A DNA stretch of 64,000 nt from Psammoneis japonica (taxonomy: Eukaryota), in NCBI GenBank assembly GCA_008632985.1, contig QPGO01000003.1:620001-684000 (forward strand), given 5' to 3'. The notes beneath the pieces were generated by a model that worked only from the letters and a program-made list of their open reading frames with translations, was not told where the DNA came from and did no database searches. Below, piece by piece: positions 19,667 through 31,300 of the stretch. Numbering within the stretch: the stretch's first letter is position 1; each line of letters starts with the position of its first letter. Position numbers and translations under genes: made by a program.

Positions 19667-22600
19667 GCAGAGGATGCAACGATGTTGGCTGTGGAGCCTG
19701 CTGCTGCTGGGGATGAAATGTTGATCTTGGATGAGCCCACTTCAATGTCTTTGTCCAGCTTGTGTTTGAACTGCATGTGGTTGTTGTGCAGTGCTGTGCT
19801 TCAATGGAAATGGGGCTCATCCAAGTCATCTTCCCAGTGAAGATTTCATCCTTGACAAAGCAGAAAATGCAATGATGGCAGCTGTGGAGCCTGCTGCTGC
19901 TGGGAACAAAGTGGTGCTCTTCGACGAGACCACTTCAATGTCTTCGTCCAACTTGTGTTTGAGCTGCACGTGTTTGTTGTGTGGTGCTGTGCTTCAATGG
20001 AAACGGGGCTCCAAGTCATCTTCCAAGTGGGGATTTCATCCTTGACAACTCGTTTCCGATGAAAGATGCCAGTTTTTGCCAGCTTCATTCAGAAGCCCAA
20101 CAAAAACTGGAGGGAAAATGCAACCCATGTTCTTCAAGAGCAGTGACCAGTGCTGAAAAAAATTTCAGTTTTGACTCTGTTCCAGTTCAAGCATCACACA
20201 TGGATCAATGAAGGGAGCTCTGACATGCAAGTGCTTTGCCTCTGGAGTGAATGAACCTGCAAAATGTTTGTGGATGCTGTGTTTCACCTGCTTTCTTTGA
20301 CAATTCATTTCAGCATTCCCACACAGTCAGCTCCTGAAACATTTTTTTCCGGCTTTCATTGTCACAACAATTTCACAGCACTGCTTTTTCATCGCAATTT
20401 TGCAAGAAGCAAACAGATGCTCATCGAGTGCAAAGGGACACATGTGGGCAACCCTGACGCCATTGACAATTCTTGAATCAAAGCCTTTGTTTCTTTTTGA
20501 AGATGCACAAAAGCAAGCTTTGATGACAAACAAAATTGGAGCCAGATGAGTGTCTTTGCAATGCAGAAAATGTTCAGATTGCATTGTGTTCTTCAGTGTT
20601 GGCATTGTGGGATGAGGTGCAGGATGCACCCCAGTGGGCGCATCTGCAGTGACAGCTGTGGAGCCTGCTGGTGCTGCTGGAGAATGTCTTGGTGTCGTGG
20701 AAGAAAGAGATGAACTAGCGCACTGGATGAGTCTTCTGAAGTAGAGGACACAACAATGGCTGCTGCATGAGAGTGTGCTCATTGCTTTGAAAGCAATCCA
20801 GAGAGTGCAGCAGCAACCTTTGGCAGCACAGCAAACAGCTTCACTGGCTCAGCATTGGCACAGCCTGTTGTTGCTGTTTTCAGCAGTTGCCAGTGCAATG
20901 GGTGCTGTGGCACAAAACTTCATGATTGGTTGCAGGGTTGTGCTGATGCCCCCAACAAGAAAATGTGCAGTGCAATGGAATCGGCACCTTCTGCAATGAA
21001 AGCTCCGCTGGCTTTGGTGGCAAAACTGGCACTTGATGCAACGAAACAGCAACACCAGCCTTCTGCTGGTGTCAACCCAAAACCTCTTGACCTGATTTTG
21101 GTTGAAAATGAAAGGCAACTGGTTTTGAGCATCGCTGCATCCATGCTCAAGTCTTAGATGTGTGCTGTCCAAGCTGTGTGAGGTGTTTTGCAGGTGAAGA
21201 CATTGTTTTGTGCACCAGATGAATTGTGGCAATTGTGCATGAATCTTTTGCGATCAACCACAACAACACAGCTGACGGCCAAAAGTGCACGACATGTCTG
21301 ATGGGCACAAGTGCAGCCATGTGGAGGGAGAGAGTGATGCGTGTCAGATGGATGGAGGTCTTGTGAATTTTTGCAAACATGCATCACACCTCAAGGCAAA
21401 GAGTCATGACACAAAGACTTTCAGCGTGTGCACATCATCACATGTGGATGCTGCAATGGGCACATGCATCACCAAGTCAGGTTTGTTAACATTGTGTCTG
21501 TTTTTTTTAAGTGTGCATTGATGATTGAGAAATTGCACTTCAGCACGTGTCATGTTTGCTCTGTGGAAGTTGTTGTTTGCAAGAACCCATTGACCACCAC
21601 AGAATGCTGTGTCAAGAAAGCTCCGAGCTGCTTCACCAGCAAGACTGCAGTGAGCTTTGGGTGTCATTCCCTCTGTTTCAACTGTTTTCATCAGGCATCT
21701 CCCAAGGTGCTGGTGTTGCTGGGCAATGGTGCAACAGCACTTCAAATTGGTTTTTTTTTTTTTGTTGAATGAAAGGCAATTGGCCTCTCCTTGCCTGTGA
21801 TGGAGGTGCCATGAGTGATGTTTGCAGAAAGGGTTGTGCCTTAAGACTGATTGCTGATTGCTTGGGACTCAATTCCCACTGCACTCAATGACACACAAAT
21901 CATCCTCATCCCGCACCTTTTGTTGCTGAAGCAGAGATCCACCCTCATCAACATGTCAGCCAGGAGCAAGATTGCTTTCTGTTCCAATCACTTTTGGAGA
22001 AGCAACCAGACAACTGAGCAGCAACATGGTCACCATTGCAAAGAAAATGAGCTCTCCTCACACGCAATCAACTGCAAAATTGTGTGACAAAAACATCACT
22101 GCATGTGGTTTTAGACCAAATGAGAAAGTTCTGGCACTTGGGTTTGCAAACATTTTGCATGTTGACAATGACAAGTCATGCAAAAAGGACTTGGGAGAGA
22201 TGGTGGATGAGAGCACAAAGAGGGTCCATTTCCAACAAAACTGCTGCAGCATCCTTCATTTTGCTCACCTGTGACATGCAGTCATTAGCTCTTGTGGAAA
22301 AAAGAGAGTGATTGCATGGCTCAACATTGTTTCTCAATGGGTGGATCATTGGAAATGGCTGGGCCACTTTCTCATGGAACAATGCACCATTTTCAACATT
22401 TGGGACACTGCATTTTCCCACGGAACTTGTCTTGCTTTGTTGTGCTCCCCAGATGGTGAGATTCTTTGCAGGAATCATGATGATTTGTTCATGTTGTTTG
22501 CACAGAGAAGCAACTTTTTCACCCTTTTCTGTCCATCCTGAAAAGTTGGGTGAATCGGGGGGGGGGGGGGGGTCATTGTCATCTTCTTGTCAATCAGGCA

Positions 22601-23799
22601 CGGAGGCAACCACTGCAGTGGGAAAAATGGATGAATTTGCAGCCAGAGCAACAGCTGGCAAGTGGGGAGCAGCCAACAAAAAAAATGAACCCATTTTGCA
22701 TGCCATTGGATGAAGCAGGTGTTGCTGTGCACCAAAAGCCAGACACACCAGTCAAGGAGAAGGCACTGTGTTCAAGAGTTGCACCCAAAGCATTTGATTT
22801 GGAGCAATCATTTCCACCAGAAATGTGGTGACATGAATGCAGAAAATCTTCTTGAAGATCTCCAATGAGTCCTTGGAGTTGTCACAATCACAAACAACAG
22901 ATTTGAAATGGTCAGCCCAGCTCCATTGATGTCACACAAATCACCAAGAGAACAGCTTCACTTGTCACCCATGCATCTGAAATGTTCTTAGATTTCTCAT
23001 TCAATGCAATGTACCTGCCTCTGTTGTGATGCAGCAGATGTTGGAGCATTTGAAAGTGGCTCTCCAAGCATGGACGTTTGGTGTTGAAGTGTCGCATTGT
23101 GCTGAGAAGCCAGTTGCAAGATGTGCCATTTGCAGCATGATGTCATTGATGACTGATGGACAATTCTTTGACCTCCACTTTTGAAATGATCCTTGGGTTT
23201 CTGTTGTGACAAAAGGAAGCATCATCACCAAGTTTTGGGTGTGGACTGCCGACTTTGATGCAGTGGTTCATGACCCGACTCTGTCACACACAGCATTTTT
23301 TGGAGTCTGCATGGACCTCGCCAATTTGGGGAGATGTTGAATGCACACAACAATGAGATTCACCCAAGACAATGAAGTGCTTGTTTTCACCCATGGAGGA
23401 AGCAGAATCCAATGTAGTGCAGCCCAACATGTCGTCAGAAGTGATCATGAACAAATGGCTGCATTCAGTTTTTTCACAAATGGAAAAGAAGCTCCCACAC
23501 AAGAAGTGAAGGGAGGTTTTGGAGTGGTGTGTTTCAAGTTGTGCAAGAGTGCTTTAGATGCAAGATTGAACAAGTTTGTGCCAACATCCTCATTGATGAA
23601 GGTGAAGACATGACACTCATCTGGGAGCTCCCAGGCATTGCAGCCTTTGTTTTCAAAATGTTGCCAGAGATTGCAATCCAAGAGACAGTTGGATGGGATT
23701 TGAAAATGTGCCAAGAGAAGATTTTGAACTTTGCGTTGGAAGGCTGACTGTTTTCACAGCTGCCATGGAAGAACAAGGAAGATTGTCCACAAAGTGTTG

Positions 23800-24220
23800 C
23801 TCACTGGTAGACAGCTGGAGCCAGTGGGACATGGAATGAACCATCTGCACAAGGACACATGTGCCGGATTTCACAAGTGGTTAAACTGCTGCACCAAGCT
23901 GCATGGGATGCACAGATTCAGCGCAAACTGCTGAAACAGTTTAGGAGTGGTAAAGAGACTCTCAAAAACATCAGCAAAATCAACGAAAGAGCAGCCAGGC
24001 ATGGTCAACAGCTTCCAGAAAACACCAAATGTGCAACCATGTGCAAAGACAGAGACTCTGTCAACATGGCTTTGTTTGAAGAGAGAGCTGGGAAGTTGCA
24101 CTGGAGGGATGGAGGAATCTTGGACTCTGACTTTGGAGTGAGTGTTGCTCAGTTGGCAGACAACAAGTTGAAGCTGAAAGCTGACAAGCTTTGTGAGGTG
24201 TGCAAAGCAAGGGCTCTGGA
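23800..24220 (+). pseudogene. Decayed PIF1-family helicase fragment (Helitron-like relic)
   Basis: Across a frameshift it reads G-RQLEPVG...WLNCCTKLHGMHRF...LLKQFRSG...INER...KCATMCKDRDSVNMALFEE, resembling PIF1 motifs III-IV. Expected Tyr positions read His or Cys. Confidence 0.55.
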
Positions 24221-24869
24221 GCTGCAAAGAGCAACAGCTGCCAGCACACCCTGCAAAGAAGGGCTGCTGGGGTTGTGGTTGCTTGTGCCCAACAATCTTT
24301 CAAGCCATGCCATTGAAGTTTCTGGTCTTGCACCAATGACTGTGCTGACCATGCAACTGGCCTTCTTCTGCATCCCAACCAAGGAAGGCTTGGGAGGGCA
24401 CATTTAAGGATGAGCCAATCGAGACAAAAGGAGGTTGCACCTGTGTCTTGATGATGACAAAAATCTCACGCTTGTTTGAAGTGGCAAAGTTGCTGGCAAA
24501 AATGCACAACTTCATGGTGCAAAATGCCAAGCATGCTGAAGGAGCAAAAAGGCAAAGAGCCAGGCCAGCAAAGGACCTTGGCTGCTCAAATTTCTGCTGC
24601 TTGCTGGGGGAACAAGGGATTGTTTGGGGGTTTGCAGCTGTGCAGCACACCCACACTTTCAAGAACTGGTGGGACAGACAAATCCATGCTGCTGTTTGGA
24701 TCAAGGATTTTCCTGTTGGGAGCAGGGCAAAGCTGCAGACAGCTTGAGGGGGTGGGCAGTGCACATGAGAGAGGGTCTCTCATGACCCTGATTTCATGGA
24801 GAAGCAGCCGTGCATGGAGGAGCACTCATGTGAGCTCATGCATGACCTGCTCATTCCTTCTTGTTGCAA

Positions 24870-25285
24870 TTTTCCCTGAGTCCTGGGTTCAAGACACTGC
24901 CACAATTCTTTGGGGCAAAATGGCAAGAAATCTGGGGTGCACGGGGGGCGAGATGGGCAACATGGTGACATGAAAGTGCGGCGCACAAGTTTTTGGTGGG
25001 TCGCTGTGTTTCCCAGAGTCCTGGGTTCAAGACGCTGCTGTGGGCAATCTTCAGGGCAAAAAAGCAAGAAATGTGGGGCACATCAGGTGTGTCAGGGAGC
25101 AAGATGGGCAACCTGGTGATGCAAAAGTGCAGCGCCAGTCTTCCGCGGGGGCACTGTGTTCCCCAAAGCCCCGGGTTTGAGGTTTGAGGCACTGCTCCTG
25201 TGGACAATCTTTGGGGCAAAAGAGCAAGAAATGTGGGGTCCATCGGGGGTGAGATGGGCAGCACAGTGGTGCAAAAGTGCAGCTC
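24870..25285. repeat. Tandem repeat of about 140-150 bp x3
   Basis: The motifs gagtcctgggttcaagac, gggcaaaa..gcaagaaat and agatgggca recur three times. Confidence 0.8.
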
Positions 25286-25741
25286 GAGCTGTGCAGCTCG
25301 AGTTTTCCACAGGCTGCTGCAGCATCATGCAGCAGCACAGGACAGCAGTCAGCAGCAGCGACACAGAGCCCAGTGGCTGTTGCTCTGGGCTGGAGCTTCA
25401 TCGCACTGGCTCTGCCAGATTCTCCCCTGTGGAAAACACACTCATGATCACTTTCACAATGGAATGAAATGGCATGAAAAGTCATTGTGATCACATCATG
25501 CTGTGTCAACTGGTGTGACGACAGACGAGTCGATGTGGTCGGTTCATTCATTTCATTCATTCATTCACGTCACAGAACTAAAAGGTGTGGAACTTTTTTA
25601 TTTTTGAGATTGCGTCGCGTCCCGCGTTCATCCATTCTTGCTTCAAGTCCATGGCAACCGCAAACTCACACTCGTGCTCGCATCGTGCTGCTTGTGACTG
25701 TTTGTCAACACATCTTTCTTGTTGTAGAACTGCTTTCCCCC

Positions 25742-28312
25742 ATGATGAAGCGGTCCAGCGACGACGATGTTGACATGTGCGACAGGCGTGGTGTTCGCGG
25801 CCGTGCCAGCAGGAGCGGCAATTTGAAGGACGATGAAACGGAGAAGCAGTTTCAAGAAATTGAAGCTACAATTCCTGCGGTAGAAACGACTGCCGCTTCT
25901 TCTCATACGAAAAAGAAGAAGCGACAAACTGCCCATCACCACCGTCACGAGCAACAACAAGCAGAAGAAGACTTGGCGGTTGAAGAACAAAAAGAAGAAG
26001 AAGAAGAACTGCTCGTTGAGTCGGATGATGCTGATGCCTCAAACTCCACATCCGATGATGCAGGTGCGGGTACTGCTGGCGCGTTCGCCATTGGTCAAGG
26101 AGGACGAGAGGTGCGAAGAGGAGGAAGGGACGCTGCTGACAATGTTTCGCTTTTGTCAGAACTCGAAACGATACGCTCCAGTAGTTCAACGCCTCCTCCT
26201 CCAGAGGAGGCTGCTCGCACTGACAATGATGGTGATGCTCCACTCGTTGTAGCTGAATTGGCAGATCAAGCGGGACATGTTGCAGCAGAGGATTTCATAG
26301 CGCTTCAGGAACAAGTTGCTAGTCTCCAAGCAGGAATTTACCAGGCACAGGCTGTACAGGCGATTCCTGCTTCTGTTGATAGCGGACAGAATGAGCAATC
26401 AAACGAAACAGCACGAGTTGACCAAGATGGTGAGAATACTGAAGAGGAGCTTCATCGCAAGCACCTTCGCAAACGATTCATTGTTGTGGGCGTTGTAGTA
26501 TTGGCCATTGCAGCGATTGTCGGTATTGCTGTTGGCGTATCTTCTGGTGGTGGCGGTGACGACAGTAGCGGCCAGCCAAGCGCCACTACGTCCACTAAAG
26601 ACACTTCTGGGCTGGCAATGAATTGCATTGGCATCAGTACCGAGTTTGATCAAGACGACTCTCAATTGTGGGCCACCGCAACCAAGGCATTTGTTGAGGA
26701 CTATTACAATACTCGTCGTCGTGGCCTAGTCGGTCTCTCGCTCCGGAATTTACAAGTCTCAAGTGTACAAGACGTCGAGACCACGCTGCAAGTTACTAAT
26801 ACTATTGTGGTTCAAGATGGTAATGGTGGAGAACCCTCTCTTCAAATCATTTACAACCAAGCCATCACGTATACTCTTGATAGCAGCAGCAACGATGATA
26901 TTTCCATGGAAGTAATGGCAACCGAGCCATTCAAGACATCAGCAAGGAGGTTGGCCTATGTGAATGACCTCCAGGCTGCGGGTACTAATGCCGGAAGCGA
27001 TGTTTTCGACAATTTGATTGGCACTAGCGAAGTATCAACCAATGCAGGTACACTTGCTCCCGCCACTCCAGCTCCATCGCCTTCTCCTGTCATTGTGCTT
27101 CCAAATGGGACGTGGAATCCTGTTGGCCAAGTCTTGCACGGCAAAGCTTCAAATGATCATTTTGGCGAATCCGTCTCCTTGTCTCGTGATGGTAGTGTCA
27201 TGGCGATTGGAGCGAATCAAGACGGTTCTTCTTCCAATCCCGGCTATGTTGTTGTCCATCGATACAATCCAAGTACCCAACAATGGACGCAAATTGGCCA
27301 AGAATTGATTGGACAAGCCGGCGGCGATGATTTTGGAGAGTCTGTTTCATTAAATGGCGACGGCACGATTCTTGCATTTGGAGCGGATGAAAATGACAGT
27401 GGTGGAACGGACGCCGGCCACGTTCGGGTGTTTGAATACAACTCAGCATCGGATCGTTGGGTCCAACTTGGTGGCGATATTCTTGGACAAGACGCTGGTG
27501 ATTTATTTGGTTTTTCCGTGTCGCTCTCGGACGCGGGAGACAATCTTGCTGTGGGAGCTCCTTGGGATAACACGGAAAATGGCTCCGATTCTGGATCGGT
27601 TCAATTGTTTCAATACGACCGCGGCTCCTCATCCTGGAACCAACTCGGAGAAATGCTCATTGGCCAAGCCGCTGGTGATGAATTTGGTATTTCTGTTTCC
27701 TTGAATGCGCAGGGAACCATTGTCGGTGTCGGAGCTTATCTGAATGATTCGGGTGGAAACAATGTGGGTCAAATGTCGGTGTATGAACACAATTCCGCCT
27801 CGTCAAAATGGAACCAGTTGGGTAACCCAATCAATGGACAAGTCGTTGATGGTTGGTTTGGACGTTCTGTTTCTCTTGACGACAGCGGTTTGATCGTGGC
27901 CGCGGGTGCATATGGAAGCAACGAAAGGGTTTTGGTTTATTCGTATGACAGCTCAACTTTGACATGGAAGCAACGTGGCCAAACTCTCTTGACGCAACAG
28001 CCTGGTAATGATTTTGGTTGGTCAGTGTCATTGAGTGGCAATGGAAACGTCTTGGCGGTCGGAAGTCGTTTGCATGATGTCAATGGATCGAGCCGGGTGG
28101 GTCAAGTTCGAATCTTTCAGCACGACAACAATGCAGACGAATGGAAGCAAGTTGGGGATCCTTTAAATGGCGAGGCTGCAGGTGATCGTTTTGGATGGTC
28201 CGTGTCCTTGTCGGCGGACGGAAGCATCGTTGGAGTTGGTGCTTGGCTGGCTGCTGATGTCAAGGGCGCGGATTCCGGATCCACGTACGCATTCACAGTA
28301 AATGACAATTAG
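25742..28312 (+). CDS. Type II membrane protein with an acidic disordered N-terminus, one TM helix and C-terminal FG-GAP-like (integrin-alpha type) beta-propeller repeats
   Basis: TM segment FIVVGVVVLAIAAIVGIAVGV and seven repeats of FGxSVSLxxDGxxxAxGA. The likely start is the ATG at 25742. Confidence 0.85.
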   Translation: MMKRSSDDDVDMCDRRGVRGRASRSGNLKDDETEKQFQEIEATIPAVETTAASSHTKKKKRQTAHHHRHEQQQAEEDLAVEEQKEEEEELLVESDDADASNSTSDDAGAGTAGAFAIGQGGREVRRGGRDAADNVSLLSELETIRSSSSTPPPPEEAARTDNDGDAPLVVAELADQAGHVAAEDFIALQEQVASLQAGIYQAQAVQAIPASVDSGQNEQSNETARVDQDGENTEEELHRKHLRKRFIVVGVVVLAIAAIVGIAVGVSSGGGGDDSSGQPSATTSTKDTSGLAMNCIGISTEFDQDDSQLWATATKAFVEDYYNTRRRGLVGLSLRNLQVSSVQDVETTLQVTNTIVVQDGNGGEPSLQIIYNQAITYTLDSSSNDDISMEVMATEPFKTSARRLAYVNDLQAAGTNAGSDVFDNLIGTSEVSTNAGTLAPATPAPSPSPVIVLPNGTWNPVGQVLHGKASNDHFGESVSLSRDGSVMAIGANQDGSSSNPGYVVVHRYNPSTQQWTQIGQELIGQAGGDDFGESVSLNGDGTILAFGADENDSGGTDAGHVRVFEYNSASDRWVQLGGDILGQDAGDLFGFSVSLSDAGDNLAVGAPWDNTENGSDSGSVQLFQYDRGSSSWNQLGEMLIGQAAGDEFGISVSLNAQGTIVGVGAYLNDSGGNNVGQMSVYEHNSASSKWNQLGNPINGQVVDGWFGRSVSLDDSGLIVAAGAYGSNERVLVYSYDSSTLTWKQRGQTLLTQQPGNDFGWSVSLSGNGNVLAVGSRLHDVNGSSRVGQVRIFQHDNNADEWKQVGDPLNGEAAGDRFGWSVSLSADGSIVGVGAWLAADVKGADSGSTYAFTVNDN

Positions 28313-31300
28313 AAATGTATTTTGCATTCCATCCTCTTGCATCAATCACACTGTATTTTTTGTAGTTCATTTCTTTTGAAGACCGTTCATCGTGTCATGG
28401 TGTGTTTTTCGCTTTCGTCCAAAAAAAAAAGTCTGTCTGTCTCTCCGTTTTTGAGTCGTTCAATTCCAATCACGAATCGTCGCGGCTCGCTCTGCTCCGC
28501 TGAAACTCGTCCACTGGTAGAGAGATTATCCGCCTCGTGAGTGTAATGTGTCATTGGTGTGCGTTGTCATGGACATGATGTGGTTGATTTTTTATGTTGA
28601 TGCATGGGTTGAATGCCGACTGATTGTGAAAATCCTCATTGACATTGCTGCTGCAGCCACAGGCACTGTTGTTGTTGTTGTTGTTGTTGTTGTTGCATGG
28701 CTGTTGTTGTTGCGTGGCTGTTGTTGTTGTGCTGCACACTTTGTGCCAATGGTGCTGGAGGTGCAAATGCCAGTTCATCCTGTGTGAAATTGGAAGCATG
28801 ACTTGCCAAACTCAACAATGGCAAGGGACAGCCACAGGCTGCTTCCAGGATGTCTCTTTGTTGTTCACCGCTGGTGTGAGAAGCTGCAATGTTTTGGGAG
28901 ATGCAAACACAGGAAGGGGGTCCTTTGGCGATGCTTGCATGGTGGAACACAAAGATTTTAAAAATGCAACAAGAAAACAAATGCTCAAGATGGCAGTGGA
29001 GCAATGCATGAGTTTGCAACACACCAGGCAGACAACAGGTCAGCCAAGTTTTCCTGTGTTGTTGATTTTGCATCAAAAAGACAGAAACAGTGACAAAAAT
29101 TGATGCAAGTGATGCACACCAGACTGTGGTCATGGCCAGCACCAATTCTCCATTGCATGCTGGATGCATGTTGCAACTGGCTTGTTTCCATTAAGCTTTC
29201 CTTTGCCACCTTGCTCCCCATGTGGTGTGCCATGCAATCTCATCCTCCACTGCCACAAAACAATGAGACACCCACTCATTTTGCCATGCACAGACTGTTT
29301 CCAAGCTGAGCTTGCTTGCTTTGATGGAGCTTTGCAAAGCACACACACAGCATGATGGCAGGCTTGTTCCAGATGCCATGCACAGACTGTTTCCAGGCTC
29401 AGAAAGGTGTAAGACAAGCTGAACTTGCCTGCTTTGATGGAGTTCTGCAGGGCACACACACACAGTGTGATGGCAGGCTTGCTCCAGATGCAGGTGGGTG
29501 GGAACCCATGTGACATGGGGCACACAGAATTCTGCATGCGAGCTCCACTTTGAAGTTCTTGTCAGGCAATGCACACATCAATTGCAGCCAACAGAAACAG
29601 AAGAAATTTTGTGAGAGTGCACAAACTCACCTGGGTTTGAAGTGCACCAATTTTTGTTTGCCCTGGTAGCAGGTTCTTTGGCCACTGAAGAATGTTCCTG
29701 GTGCATCATTTTTCTTGCAAATGTGCTGAGAGGGGTTTTTCCCTCATTTGTCCCAAAATTGCTGTTGCACTTGAATGAGGACATTTGCAAATGCAGCCAT
29801 TTTGAGCACAAAAATTGCTCCAATTTGCAACATGTTGCACACAAAAATGAGGACATCAGGCACCACAATCAAAGCACAATGATGACATCAGTTGTCAATC
29901 TTTCTCAAAAACAGTTTTAAAATGCAACACATGCTCAACAAATGTCCACACATGTTTTGGCAACACATTTCAACATTTGGCAATTCTCCTCCAGTCGCAA
30001 CGGCGACAACATTTCTGCATCAGAGACAAGACAAACAGAGCCAGATGTCCAGAGACTAGTGCAAAACCAGTTGTCCAAGAAAAGACAAATGGAAATCTGC
30101 TTCAGCTCCAGGTGGGACCTTGCACTGCTGTGCTGTGATCTTCTGCAAAATTGTGGCAATTTTTTCATGTTCGTGGCCGGTTAAAGGAAAAGAGAAAAAA
30201 AGAGGGGAATCAACCGTTGAACACACACACACAATTGACCATGCAACCATGGCCAGAGTTGCACTGGCTTCTTTTGATCCAGGGTGGTTGCTGCAGGTGC
30301 AAAGAGTGGGGCACATTGCAGTTGCAGGAGGGTGACAATGTGGCACTGAGTGTGTGCCACCAGGCTGAGCAGCCCAGCTTGGGTGTCAGCCAAGCCCTGC
30401 CAGGCCAGCTGCCCTGGCTCCAGCTGCTCTTCCCAGTGTGCGTGAGTTGTTGAAGGAGCACCACATTGACTCAAAGGCTGTGTTTTAAGTGGGGCAGAGA
30501 GAAAAAACTGTTGTCTTGGCTGGTGCTTGCTTCAGACCCTGCATCATGAGCGCAAGCTCCTCTTGAGAAATGAGCGAGAACAGCCATTTTTGGCGCCTCT
30601 CTTTGGTTGCGCACTTGGCATTGCCAACAAATCTTGAACCAAACTTCACTCACAGTTTCTTCACTCTTCAACCACAAAACCAGGTTCAACTTTTTGTTGG
30701 CTTCTTTGTGGCTGGGGTCGCTGTTGCAGGCACAAATGGTGGGCACATGCCATGTGGCTGCTTGGCAACAAGAATGTGATGCCAAGCATGTGCTGCACAC
30801 CAAGGAGCCAAGCAGCCCAGCCCAGCTTTGAATGGAGCCCCAGGACAGCAGCCAACTCTGGGTGATCTCAGCATGGTGTGCTTGTTTGGGCTGTGCTGCA
30901 CTCACCCCACAGTGCTCTGTGTTGTGGTGGCTTGTTGTGCAAGCCGTGTGGCTGAAGAGCCAGCAGCCAGCCAGGGCCCATCTTGCAAAGGCCACACATG
31001 TTGACCCTGTGCAAAGCTGTGTGAGGGGGCAGGCACAGGGATTTGCAATGATGGCTTCACAGCCATTGGCCCCAAGTTGGCATTTGATTGGGAGCCAGTG
31101 CTGAGGGGCTGTGAAGTGTGGGGTTGGGAGCCCAGCCAGCTCGCACTCTCTTTGTTGTCACAAAGTGCTGCCACAGCTGTCTTTGCATTGCAACCAGCCA
31201 GGTGCGGTTGACCCCAAGTTGGCACTTGATTTGGAGTGACTGCCAAGGAGCTGTGAAGTGTGGGGTTGGGCAGTCCAGCCAGCTCACACTCTTTGCTGAC

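Noticed and set aside
28668..28730. (GTT)n tract, and (TG)n at 559-575
   Set aside because: Ordinary microsatellites.
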